A DNA stretch of 62,069 nucleotides, counting the filler, from Choristocarpus tenellus KU-1152 (taxonomy: Eukaryota > Protista > Phaeophyceae), in NCBI GenBank assembly GCA_964200185.2. It is 11 parts of 11 records of this genome, joined end to end, with 100 filler letters (N's around TTAATTAATTAA, not from the genome) between each part and the next. Parts side by side here need not be neighbours in the genome. Positions count along the whole stretch, not along the records: positions 49,029 to 52,741 come from CAXNAD020018347.1; positions 52,842 to 58,824 come from CAXNAD020009243.1; positions 58,925 to 62,069 come from CAXNAD020021990.1; 8 more parts are not named here. One strand, written 5' to 3'. This document shows positions 50,087 to 62,069 of the stretch, piece by piece. A model generated the notes under the pieces. It had not been told where the DNA came from and did not search any database. It saw only the letters and a program-made list of their open reading frames with translations. Both the position numbers and the translations under genes were made by a program. Numbering within the stretch: position 1 is the first letter of the stretch; each line of letters starts with the position of its first letter.

Positions 50087-53000
50087 CTTTCACAGTTTGA
50101 CTCGTGTTTTTTGGAGTGGTGACTCCTCAAACTTTCAGTGCCTCAATCCGTCCTTTCCTCACACCTCCTATTGTAGCCTTGGTTGCTGTTGCCAGTGAGT
50201 ATGGACTTGAATAGGGTCAAGTAAAAGACCTTGGATAACCTTTCTGGAAAGAATGAACCACGGGACTGTGCATGTGTTGCCACAATGAGTGAGGTTGGTG
50301 CAATTCTCAGGATCTGGTTCAACGTCTTTCAAAATTGACCCAACTTCGAAACCCAACTTTGCCTGTTCAATTCACTTCCACCATGGTACACATGTGTTGA
50401 CACTATGATGGCAGGGCCCTACATTAGAATTCCCTCTACTGCATAGATGTTTTGAACACCAAACATATGCACAGACCAAACAGTCACAAATGAGAAATTA
50501 TGTCGCTTCTGCACAGGTTGATATAGACCCCCTCTGGCACATCTCGCCCCTGCTAAGCCTCCCCCCATACACCCCTTTGCTCTACAACATTAAAATCCTT
50601 ATCAGATCATCCATCAATGTTCTAAAAGTTGTCCTCGCCCTCATCATCAGTCATGGGCATGGTTTCCTGCCTCCCCACGAACTCCATATTCCCTAGGTCC
50701 CGTTCAAAGGTCATTTTTGCCACGATCACCGGGTTATGACTTCTTGAGGAAGTCATACATGCCAGCACGAGAATGCCAAAACATGACCCACCAAAATTGT
50801 GTAATTGGTACATGGGTGGAACTTGGAAACTGCTCCCCTCCATTTCTGGGCTTGGTGAATAAAGCATTTACTTTCCCACCCTTGAAATGTGTCATAGTTT
50901 GAACACCTTGCTCACTTGAAGGCATTTTCCCTCTGTGATGCTCGTCCAGCATACCTCCTGACTTGAGGTCATGTCAGTGAGGGCAATTAACCGGTATTCG
51001 TCGCCCAGGGAAGCTTTTACCGACTGGATCCTCGCTGCCTCCTTGAGCTTCACGGACCATTCTACAATCCAGTTGCTTCGAGGTGTTCTTGGTAGTGACA
51101 CCTCAACCTGATCCCGTTGTTGGCCAGCATTCATTGAAACTTTACATGTCCTAGGGTCATCCCTGATGATGCACTTTACTGCTACAACTTACAGAAGCCT
51201 TGTCAATGCAGGCATTGATTGCCCCCATTGCTTCGTCTCATGATTTTAGGATGTTAACCAGTTTGTCTCTCCTGATTTGGTTGAAGAACTTCTGGGAGCA
51301 CTTCATACCCATGATGACCATGTGGAAAAGGTCCACCAGGTCCATGCAAATAACTTTCAAGGGCCTGCTTGGGGCTCTGCCTTCCCCCGTGTGATAGCCA
51401 AGCCCCTCAGATATGCACTCAATGCAGATCTTGCAACGTAAATTGGAAGTTGCAGTAGCACCAATGATCTCCAATATTCCACATATGTGAAGGCGATTCA
51501 TGGTTGATGTGTTGCTGTATCGTATGCCCAAATATGTTGTGCAGTCGAGCAGGGTCAGTTCTGTCTTAGAGATTGTTGCACTTGCCCTAGCTTTTGAATC
51601 TTTCCTAGTTTTGGTTGGTAGTTTGTATACATGTAGGAATCCTCCCAACTCCATTGATGAATTGGGGAGAAGCACCTGAATTCTTCAAGTAGCTGTTTCT
51701 AGCACCAGATTCCAGAAATTCTCCTCCATCTTGCCGTAGAGTCTCAGCACTCAATGCGTGGTAGGGAAGTTTTGTCACCTATGGTATTTCCCGAAGCATC
51801 AACTTCATAGACTTGTCATTCCTTGCTCTAGTCAGCAGAACCAAATCCTCACCTTCCTTCACCTCCAGTTTGCCGTTGTTGCTGAAGGTACATGTGCACT
51901 TGGTCGCCCTTGTACGGACCAAGTCTTCTCAACATATAGTTAGGTACGTTTGGTCAGTGATCACACAAGGTGTTGATTTCCTTGTCCCTCAATGAGCTGA
52001 GCATCACATTCTCGTCCTGAACCACCTTATCTACAATTACATGGTACGTGAGAAGGAGAGCACTTTATCCCTGTTACTCGACTTTTCCTCCATTGTCGTT
52101 CAGGTGCCTTGAGGAACCCTCGTCCAGCCATATCGTGTGGGCACTCTGCAGGTGGTATCGCCTGGGGATGCTTCCGACTGCCCTCCCCCGTAATGGGCAA
52201 TGTTTGGTTCTGTACGGTGCAATACATAGTCAAAACCTCATCCTCCCTGTCTTGGTCTGAATAGAGGTAGTTGTGCATGGAACCCTCTCCAGTTCCCATG
52301 TATCATAGAGATGCCACTATTGTCCAGGTTGCTCTTGTTGCCAAGTATCTTGCCACCAAAGTCGTGGCTATGATCGATAGTGACACATATCTCCATTGAC
52401 CGACATTGCGCTTGTCCATACTGGTACTGGTAGCATCTTCAGATCTGTCTCCATACTTGTAAGGTACATAACCTGTGCGTATACAACGTGGAATGTTAAA
52501 AGAAAATGAGCCAAACCAATAGAGAGGGAGGCAGGTTTGGTTCCTTTTTGCATTCAAAGCAATCTTTCTTACCCTGTCCAATGCACCCTATTTCATTGCT
52601 TCTTTTGCACATAGTGTATGCAAAAACGGTATCCCCCTTTCCACACACAATGTGACATCACAATTCGGTAAAAAAGGCTCCTTCTGTAATAGTACAAAGG
52701 GTCAAAGTATCTGGGGGGGGGGTGTCGGCGTCCGTATTTCANNNNNNNNNNNNNNNNNNNNNNNNNNNNNNNNNNNNNNNNNNNNTTAATTAATTAANNN
52801 NNNNNNNNNNNNNNNNNNNNNNNNNNNNNNNNNNNNNNNNNTGCATACGTCGGATGGATACCGTAAATGCACTTTTCCTGGTTTTGGGCCACTTGGACCC
52901 CCTGGTGCAGACCCCCCCCCCCCTCCCAGATACTTTGGGTCTCTAGAGAATTGTAAGCCTCACACGAACATGTAGTGACAATACATTTGAGGTTATAATC

Positions 53001-54706
53001 CTATCAAGTACTTTGTATGTTTCACTTGCAACAACCACAATGGGCCCTTGATGACCTTCTAAGGCCAGGACGCTGTGTGTGTGTAATAGAGGGGGCTGCA
53101 CTAAGGGGGGAAAGAGGAGGGGAGACTTAGCAGGTTAGTAGCCAGTATGCTCCAGCAGCACTAGGAGGAAATTAACACGAGAGGGGAGTGTTCCCACGGG
53201 GGTTGTGTTGGGGGAAGAAGATGAGAAGGAGAATATCCTTCACGAAGCAGCCATAGTGCTAAAGCTGCACCAGGAGGAAAGACACAGACAGGTTAGGGGG
53301 GCTGTCTGTGTGTTCTGGATAATCCCGTGGGGGCTATGCTGAGGTGAAAAGCGAGGAAGGATAATATCCGCCACTAAGAAGTCACAGCGCTTGAGCAGTA
53401 CCCAGAGAGGAAAGGCACAGAAACGTTGTGTAGTCTATGCCTGGGGGAAAAGAGTAGAAACTCCGCCAGCTTGCTGCCACGATGCTCCAGCAGCACCAAG
53501 AAGAAAGGAGAGGGGGGATTGTGTAAGGGGTGGGTCTGTGATTTTGTGTGGAAAATCGATCATCAAGCCAAATGTAAATGTGTAGTTGTGTGGTCCACTA
53601 GGAAGTTCGACGTTTATCGTGGCCAACAGGAGGCACCACAGGCCAGGCTCCTATAATAAAGAACAGTCACACTACAGGTCAACTGTACCCGCCATAATGT
53701 CCGAAAAAGCATTGTAATTTCAGATTAAAGGGAAGGAAAGGAGGTTACAAATATGAACCGCTACGGCTCGAATATTCCAGTTTATTTTGAAACACAACTA
53801 GAAATCGGTAGGCCATAGGCCACATATGATTACTTAGACTCATTTTCCATCGGGTGGGATCACGAAATCGAAAATGACAACACGATATCAAAGATCAACC
53901 AAACATTCTTCTATTTCAAGCTTATAGCTGCATTCCTAGGGCCTTGTGCCTGAGTCAGACTATCGTATTCAGGTGGGTTTAGCCCTCCTTAGGTATGGAG
54001 TGAGGGTGTGTGGAAGATTGAAGTTGAAGGGTCAATGTTGTGGTTTTGAACAAAATAGCGTACTTTCGTATGGTAGGTGTGTTGTGAAATAGTTGGTTAT
54101 GTATTTACAGGAAGGAGGGTTGAATGTCTCGCTAAAAATACCTTTACTACTTCAAGTATAAATGTTGTTACTATTGTTGTTCACAGTGATGGAGTGAAGG
54201 TTTATATATCGCCCAAGGACCTCTTTGGCGTGGGATGGAGCATCCTTTTACTTTTTGTGCGCGCTCAGTCGATGCACAATCGTGGAAAATCCAAATTGAA
54301 TTCATTGAGTACTTACTATCAGTGACATTAATTTGTCTGAGAGGTCCCAAACCTGTGATCGAAACGTAGTATGAGGAAAGAGTCGAACCAATGGAAAGTT
54401 AGGCAGCTTTGGACCGTTTGCATTCTAAGCCATCTTTCAACCTTATGCAATACACTCTATTTCATTGCTTTATGTGTACAATAGTGTACGCAAAATTGAT
54501 ATTCCCCCTTTCCACACACAAAGAAACCAAAATTCAGCACGGGCTCTCTCTGTAATGGTACAAAATGACATATTTTTGCCCTTTCTTGGGAACCTTGAAA
54601 TGCAACATTGCCTACCTCTCAGTTGGTTTGTCTCAAAGCAATGCACAATACTTGAGAAAGTACAGTACAACATAGTACTAGTACTTGATGTACAATACCA
54701 GAAAAA

Positions 54707-54886
54707 GGCTCAAAGTATTTGGGGGGTGGTGGCAGCTGTCCATTTGTGGTCAATTTTTTCATGTCGCGGTTTTTGGGTGATCTGGTTGCGTACGTCTGAT
54801 GGATAATGTAAATGCACTTTTCCTGATTTTGCCCCAAAATGGACACCCTAGTGTAGAACCCCCCCCCCCCCCAGATACTTTGGGTC
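54707..54886 (+). mobile_element. MITE family C (full-length copy)
   Basis: TIRs GGCTCAAAGTATTTGGGGGG / CCCCCCAGATACTTTGGGTC. Partial copies or related ends at 1-20, 25040-25058, 39154-39222, 42261-42345, 52699-52741 and 52842-52941. Confidence 0.82.
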
Positions 54887-55249
54887 AAACAGAAATCAAC
54901 AGAAGGAGAAAAATGATACCCCGAGAAATCAGTGTAGGTACGAAGGGCGACAAAGATAAACCCCGGGACCTAATACCTGGAATATGTGGCATCACGAGCA
55001 TTGTCACACATAGTTAGATCCTATGGGAAAAGGGGGAAAAGGAATAATAATATTTATTGTCACACGAGGTCAAACCAAACCGTTGCTAGTCACACACCAC
55101 ATGAAGTCCGGGGGGCGTAATAATATTGAACCCAAAGGAGAGAAGCAATGAGAAAAGTAATCTTCGGCAGGCATTTGTGGGTGTGCCTGTGCCCTGATCT
55201 GCTTGGGCTGCCTTAATTGATACTTTTGAATTACACCTGTCAGCTATCA

Positions 55250-56330
55250 CAGCTTCCCTGGAATGCCACTCGTCCACAGTGGTCTCTGTGCTATCAAATA
55301 CGCACTCGTACTGCCTGCATCGGTTTTTGCCCTTGGCTCAATCCCTCAACCGTGATCCCAAACTTCTCGAGGTTATCTTGCAAGCACATCTATCGGTTCT
55401 TTTCCTGTTCACCTTGTTTCCGTTTTCCGTATACAATTTCACCAAACATCAATGCCATGTAGAGTTGCTCATTCACTGCATTCAACTGACCCTTCAACCA
55501 GGGGTCTCTGCTAAGGCGCAGTTGCATCTATACTGTCACCCTGTTTTCACAAGGGCATCTTTGTTGGAAAGTGTATAATCGGTGTATTGCCACTTGTGAA
55601 ATCTGAGGTAGAGTTAGCAGACTTCAGATGATGGTGAGAGTAAAGCTTCATGAAGCGGAGCTTGCAGGGTCTCCATGTCACACAACCACATTTAAGGACC
55701 TCAAGCAATTCGGTTGAAGACATTTGAATCCAAAGCTCACGTGATATACCTGCGGTTCTGACACAAAGCACTTACCTGTACTTGTAGAAATAACCCCAGG
55801 CTTTTATAACCTGTCAAATGATCTTGACTGTGATATCAACCTCATCATTGAGAATGATTCCAAAGGGTAACAACTTGTCGGTCAGGTTATTGTGCTGACC
55901 CGGAGTCCTGGATCTGCACAATGTCTGTGGTTTTACTGATACGTTAAAGGCACAATGGCTCTATTTTCAACTCTGACAGGGCCAGTCGGAATGACTTGGA
56001 CTCCTTCACAATCACTGTCATGTTCTGGCCAGACTTCTTGGGTCTTAGACGCAATGCCTACATCATCAGCACATGGCATACCCCACAGGTGCTGCTCAGT
56101 TGTTACTCCACTTGCAGTTGCTCCTTCTCCTCTGACCTGGTTGTTGTGTGCAGCTCCCTTGATGACAACGAGGTCTTCGGAGAAAATCGACTCGATGTTG
56201 AACTCCTTACCTATTTCTGGTACTACCCTTAGCACTACAGTAAAGAAAATGTCATTGAAACCTATTGAAAAAAATATGTAGATAATGATGCATAATCGAC
56301 TGGGCGACAATTGACAGGACGTGTATGTAC
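55250..56330 (-). mobile_element. RTE-clade LINE reverse transcriptase fragment, degenerate
   Basis: FNDIFFTVVLRV...DLV...LWGMPCADDVGIAS (decayed YADD) and ELLEVLKCGCVTW (LYGCVTW-like), typical of RTE elements as known from brown algae. Confidence 0.8.
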
Positions 56331-56941
56331 GAATGTTGAAAGACATAATGCCACATTGTGTTTCCACATGTTCTTACTGTCTAATCCTAACAACAAAATC
56401 TGCGTGCACAAAGCGCGCGATGGGTTTCTGTTTTGGTCGAAGGCGGTCTCCGTTTGTTGGTGGCTTGGGCGAGGGGTTGTGGATCACTGGGTAATCCTCT
56501 CCTCTCCTGCCAAGGTGAGCACTGGACAGGTCACTGACCGGGCATGTGGATTACGTATGATTGTGTTGTAAATAATTTTTGTTGGAGTATTGGTTTGGAG
56601 ATTGAAATACATAGAAATCTCAACAGCTAGGGATGACTTTTCTGTTGTGTACTCTGCATATCGGATCAGTGGCGTCAATTTTGACAACTTCCCTCTCTGA
56701 GGCCAGGGAAGGCGAATACCTTTGAGAAACCTGTGGGTTGAGAGAAGGAAGGAGGAAGATTTGGCATAGTCATGAATAGCTAGTGTTGATGTAGGTGGGT
56801 TCTTGTCTCTGGCAGTAAGAGGTTGGAACCACGCACCGCCCGAATCCTTATCGTTTCCCCCAATATGCGTATTTCTTCTTTGAGTTGCACAGCAGCCTGA
56901 AGGTTTTCTCTGTTCAATCACGATGTAATGCCTCCTTGCAG

Positions 56942-58824
56942 ATGAAATACGCCGCCGCCTACGTTTTGTGTGTGCTTGGGGGCACAGCTGCCCCTTCTGC
57001 TGACGATGTGACTAAGGTGGGATTGGTCTCTATCAGCCCTGATTTGTTTGCCTACTTATATTTATTGTCTTGGTCACAGACAGTAATGAATATCGTCCCC
57101 GTTCATACGTGGATAGAATGCCAGGTTCTCTGGGGTATGCTTTTTGAAATCTGATTACTTCAACTATTGTTTGTTGGTACATGAGTGTTTCAGGGACAGA
57201 AGATCATAGCATTGCCCTGGTTTTGAAAGGGAGATATCTCAAGCATTGGTAGAATTGAGTCTGCTAAGCAAATGTGTGAGGATGCAACGATAGCAACCCC
57301 CCCTACTTACACGCAACCAACAAACAGTTAGATTTCCCACGTATACCCTCAAATGCCACTTGCTGCTCATCGCACTCGCTCTAGTATTGTAGTCTAAGTC
57401 TATGTGCGTCCGCTTGTTTTGGCATCCCTTCTATTTTATAGAAAACACGTCAACGATTTACTTTAATGTGAGTCGTATGCCGCATTCTGTTCCCCTGTGC
57501 TGAAGACATGTCAACACAGTACCTAGATTCTTTTGTCTTTTTACAGAACCTGTTCATTATTTTTTTTACATCCTGTTGTTCATTCTTGATATAAGGGCAT
57601 ACCGCGAGGTAATAGTTTAACGTCTGATGCTGCTGCCTCAAATTTCTTGTGCGTGATGCGGGTGGGGGCAAATGATACCGCTGGTGATATTTCATTGCAT
57701 GGTGTTATTGATCCCTGTGTCTAGGTGCTCTCATCTGTTGGTGCAGAGGCCAGTGTTGAGGAGCTCGAAAAGTTGATCAAGGAGATGGAAGGAAAGGTGA
57801 GCTGTGACAGTGACCAAGATGTTTAATTATGGTTGTATTCTGTAGTGGACTTATCGGATTGGCTGATAGGTGCTTAGGGTTAGGGTGTGAACGCAAAAGT
57901 GAAGAAAGAAGGCTCAGAAGACAACGCTTTTTGGACGAGCTTTTAGAGGTACAACTTTCTCTTCAAAGGCTTTGATGATAGCATCTCCCTTTCCTTACAT
58001 TCTAATTCTAGAATATTGTAATTGCTAGTTTTTGCCAGAAGCATTTCATTATATGTAGGTTTTGATCTTTTGGGCTGGTGTGTCTTAACTATACTTTTCT
58101 CTTGGGTACAGGGGATGAGATGTTGAGTAGATTTCTAGGGCATTCTATGGGTTTAGGGGTACAGTTGCGTTTACTGTCTTTCTGTTGGCATATGCCACTT
58201 GCAAATGTATTCTAACTGTTGAGTATCCTTGCTAGGAGATGAAAGAGCGTGATGAAGAGCAACAGTATTTACATGGCATTTTTGAAGGTCAGCATGTGTC
58301 TAGTCATGTATAAAGAATGGTTGGCAGGCTCTATGCTAAAGTACTGTGTGCAACAACTACACTGGTGTTTTGTTGTTTGCTTGCTCCTCTTTGAAACATA
58401 ATGGCAGCACTGGTCAACAATCTCGAACACCAAGAGAACTGTTTTGGTGTACTTGTGACCGCATCATATGCTCGTTGTAGACGGAGTAGGGTTTACTTGG
58501 TGTGTAATCCACAGTACATAGCGACGAATTCATGTGTTTCGTTTGCTGACACTTTCAACCTTGTGTTATCCCCACATGTATTTGAATTATCACGATGGTA
58601 TATGCCGATCCTACAGTGGGCAATACTGTGCAGTAGGACACTGGACACACAAGAATCAACATCTACACGAGTGGGAAGTCTTCACCTCATAACTAAACTC
58701 ACCCATCTATCTGAATCCTCTGTTATGTGATGATGCTGCCTATGGTAGAACGCGGTGGAGGTCATTGCTGCTGGTCAAGAGAAGCTCAAGAGTGTGTCCA
58801 TGGGTGGAGGGGGTGGTGGAGGGG
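56942..58824 (+). CDS. RPLP2: 60S acidic ribosomal protein P2 (3' end truncated by the contig end)
   Basis: Exons 56942-57016 (MKYAAAYVLCVLGGTAAPSADDVTK), 57725-57796 (VLSSVGAEASVEELEKLIKEMEGK) and 58749-58824 (NAVEVIAAGQEKLKSVSMGGGGGG), all phase 0. Probable 5'UTR intron 56515-56941. Confidence 0.95.
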
Positions 58825-58924
58825 NNNNNNNNNNNNNNNNNNNNNNNNNNNNNNNNNNNNNNNNNNNNTTAATTAATTAANNNNNNNNNNNNNNNNNNNN
58901 NNNNNNNNNNNNNNNNNNNNNNNN

Positions 58925-59090
58925 TGCCGAGGCGCCCAAAACTTTCCACTGCGAAGGTGTTGAGGTTATAACTACGAGGGTCAAAAGAGTCCTCGTAGTG
59001 GGTGCGCTTTCGCGCCTCAGCTGTAGCAGCACCTACACCATTGCTGGTGGATGAGTGTGCGAGGTGATAGGTTGCCTGTATGTACTTGCG
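58925..59090 (-). mobile_element. CRE-like non-LTR retrotransposon RLE fragment (best-preserved copy)
   Basis: NGVGAATAEARKRTHYEDSFDPRSYNLNTFAVESFGRLG matches the AAxAExxKxxxY...FxxxAVExFGRLG signature of RLE-type LINEs. Confidence 0.8.
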
Positions 59091-59214
59091 CGAACGTAAC
59101 AAACATTTTTCATATATATATATATGTGTGTGAAAGAAGTATGCTTACGGTTAACAGTACAATAAGAAGGTAATCATATCGTGCAATTCAATGATGGCTT
59201 TTCTCATGATGCAA

Positions 59215-59615
59215 GCAAGCGGAATGCTTCCTGGATGAGCTGTCTACTCGCATGGTAGGGGGGAGAGGAACAGGAGGATATAGCAGGAAAGGAGTGAGTG
59301 GTAAAATCCTGGCTTCGCCAAATCGTCTCAGTAACTACGTAAGTGGCATTGTCTAGACATGTCATGTGTTTTAACCTGGATTCACCGGAGAGATGGGGGT
59401 TTATTGAATTCTTGGGATGCCTCCCTAGCTCCTTCCCCCCCCGGTATAGGTAGATTGGAGACACAGGAAGACAGTGGTACAACATAGTCGTGAAGTAACA
59501 AATCACATTTATGACATTCTATTTCCCTATTAGGGCTTATTATACTGACATGTGTATAGTTTTCATTGGTTTCCCCCTGACACATCTCCAAAATGTCAGA
59601 GGGCATAATAATAAA
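59215..59615 (+). mobile_element. CRE-like non-LTR retrotransposon 3' end with stem-loop and (TAA)n tail
   Basis: KQAECFLDELSTR... followed by the 3' UTR, CCCCCTGACACATCTCCAAAATGTCAGAGGGC and ATAATAATAAAAA. Confidence 0.72.
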
Positions 59616-59874
59616 AACACATCTGTAAGATGTGTGAAGACAAAGTAAACATTTTTAGTATAGGGTAAACAAATAGTAAAGAGAATTTATACTGTTTTAC
59701 AAGAGTCGTAACCTATCGAATTATAGAGATTTGCTGGTAAGTTAGTGAATATGGATATCTATGATTTATTATGTCAAAGAATAGTTGTCACGACCAATGT
59801 TCATTGTTCAATACCCCTGTTTTCCTCCATTGTGTACTCCGCTCCAGTATGTTCGTCACAAGCAGATAGTAGAG

Positions 59875-61580
59875 ATGTTGGGCGTTAGTGCCCCAATAAT
59901 AGGACGGGCAATGTTTCCAACTATGCTGCGAAGGGTCCACAGACAATCTCCAGTGTTTCACCCTCGGCATTGGGTTGCATACTTTGCCACAGTAGTGAGA
60001 ACGGGCAAGCCGAAACCTCACCTGGTAGTATTGGGAACCGGATGGGGTGGTTTCTCTCTTGCACGAGAATTGGATAAGTCACAGTACGATGTAACTGTCG
60101 TTAGTCCTCGCAACCACTTTTTGTTCACCCCACTACTCCCAAGTACAACAGTGGGAACACTGGAGTTCAGGTGTGCTAAGTTCCTACAACATTTCTGCTT
60201 CCAGTGCACCAGGTTTGGTGCGGTTCTTGTTCTATTTTATTGAGACTGATGCCAAGTCGATGTACAGGACACTTTGAACTCAAGATGCACAGCCCCGACT
60301 TGCAATCTGCGTCACCTCTTCGCTGTCCCCAAATGGTTGCCATTGTTGCCCAGGTGCATCCAGGAGCCTGTACGCACGATAAAAGACCTGCAGTACCTCC
60401 AAGCATGTTGCACAGGTAGATGAACATTCTACCCTCTATGACATTATATCACTGCGACCTTGAAAGAATTGTCGAATCTGTTAGCAAAAGCTTCGATCTA
60501 AAGCCCACTATCCAGGTTTCGCGTGACCCCTTGTGCAACTTAATCGAGATATCCAGCCAATAGACTCCCACAGGCTGTAATTAACAAGACCGAAGTTTTA
60601 CGTGCCGAAGTGCCCTAGAACCAATGTGTTCTCATGGGCACGACCGACTATGTCCTACGGATCCATAACCTCCATTATGTACGCTATCTATATGAACTCT
60701 CATTTACCCTTTTTGTCCTCGCTACATCCAGACTTAGCTCATATCCCTCAGTCCTCGTCAGTGGGGTAAGGGAGAAGGGACCTAATACCGAATGCTCCGC
60801 AAAGAGCAACCATTTGAGCCTCTTCTCGTATTTTAGACGGAATTACAAAATGTGACCCACTGATCCCCATAGGTGTGGATCTCGCGGCTAAGAACATCCG
60901 CTACCAGGAAGTTTATGGGAAGAAGGACGAAGTAAGAATTGATTATGACTACCTCGTAATTGCCACCGGCTCCAGAAGCAACACATTTGGCGTACCAGGT
61001 GTGAGTGAGGTGAGACTTCTCGTAGGTGTGGGTTTTCCATCATGTCTTAGGGCAAGAACATCTGTACGTCAGATGACCCCTCCATCCTCCCTGCTGTCAC
61101 TTGTGAAGGCAATCGATGGGCTGGCGCAGAGCAATAGCACAAGTACCTGCTCTATTCGTACCAGCCTTTTGGTTGCATCTCCGAGTTTTGGAGGACATAA
61201 TATAGAGGGCAGTACCCAACAAAAAAAATTACTTTGCAGTTGACTGTTGTCCGTTGGACTGTATACTATCCAACTATAATTCAATGCAGGCAAACAAATG
61301 CAGCATATGTCGTCACACCACCCCACACCCCATGTCCTTATTTTCACAGGAAAACAACGTATTTTTCCTTAAGCAGCTTGGGGATGCACGGGCCATCCGT
61401 AACCGCCTTATAGAGTGTTTTGAGCGTGCCTCCAGTCTCCTAGTCAGCGACCGAGACCGCAGCCGCTTGCTATCATTTGTCGTGGTTGGAGGTGGGCCAA
61501 CATCCATAGAGTTTGCTGCAGAGCTGTATGACTTCATTACCAATGATGTTGAGAGGTGGTATCCAGACCTACAGGACAAG
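59875..61580 (+). CDS. NDH2: Type II (alternative, rotenone-insensitive) NADH dehydrogenase, probably mitochondrial, 5' part
   Basis: Exons 59875-60170 (presequence-like N-terminus, [34 protein letters not shown]), 60354-60415 (CIQEPVR), 60873-61009 ([20 protein letters not shown]) and 61350-61580 ([30 protein letters not shown]). Phases are consistent; the start codon choice is inferred. Confidence 0.95.
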
Positions 61581-62069
61581 GTGGGAGATAGTTACTTTGT
61601 TTGCCACAGTAGCATGCGGGTTTTGATCTGCCTACGAGATTTTCTTTGCACTGTATGTTCTAGTTGGGTTTGGTATCAAAAACAGGCTGTGTTTTTTTGG
61701 TGCACAGCTTAGTTTGAGTGGTTTGGTTATTTCTTCGTGAATTTACCCACACCTACCCCCAATCCTAATGCTAGTTACAAGTGCAAATAGAATATTAATG
61801 GCAATCAGGCATTATTTCTACAACGATAGCTCTCTATTAATGCTAGGTAGTATACCAGGATCATTACAATCGAGGGTTTGGTGATCTCTTGCACATCTCA
61901 TATTCACACATGCTCGGATGGCGAGATCTAACGCATGATACATGCACACACAAGGTGGTACAACTGCCATGCACTCGCGGACATTCTCCTTGGGACAATT
62001 TATTTAGACTTGCTGCAAGTGCTTGAGTGAGAGGCTAGGTTGTGACCGCATCAAGTGCATTGTCTATTG

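Noticed and set aside
53082-53675. Possible solo LTR (TGTAAT...CTACA with AATAAA)
   Set aside because: No matching TSD and no second copy in the window.
47057-61580. Apparent cluster of V-ATPase c, RPLP2 and NDH2
   Set aside because: The three genes are on different contigs joined artificially.

Overview
This window is not one contiguous locus. It is 11 small eukaryotic contigs joined by artificial 100-bp spacers (N44-TTAATTAATTAA-N44), so gene order across spacers means nothing. The DNA is intron-rich and dense in transposons, with many short interstitial TTAGGG arrays. The genes and retroelements look stramenopile, most likely a brown alga; that assignment is inference. Six partial spliced host genes can be reconstructed from GT-AG exons with consistent reading phase: a membrane protein ending in KKxx, ORC5, an IQ+WW protein, V-ATPase proteolipid subunit c, ribosomal protein P2 and a type II NADH dehydrogenase. 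Most of the rest is decayed mobile DNA: two Ty1/copia fragments, a Ty3/gypsy gag with its LTR, an LTR family with a tRNA-Gln PBS and a solo LTR, CRE-like and RTE-like LINE fragments, pogo/Tc1/mariner transposase remnants and at least four MITE families. The most interesting signals are (i) a decayed PrimPol/AEP-like primase plus Zn-finger reading frame that may be virus-derived, (ii) three MITE families sharing one TIR and subterminal grammar with 4-bp TSDs (Sola2-like), (iii) many ultra-short LINE 3' stem-loop/(TAA)n stubs, and (iv) palindromic TTAGGG/CCCTAA modules inside an ORC5 intron. I found no intact, clearly novel multi-gene system and no CRISPR array. Boundaries of decayed elements are approximate.
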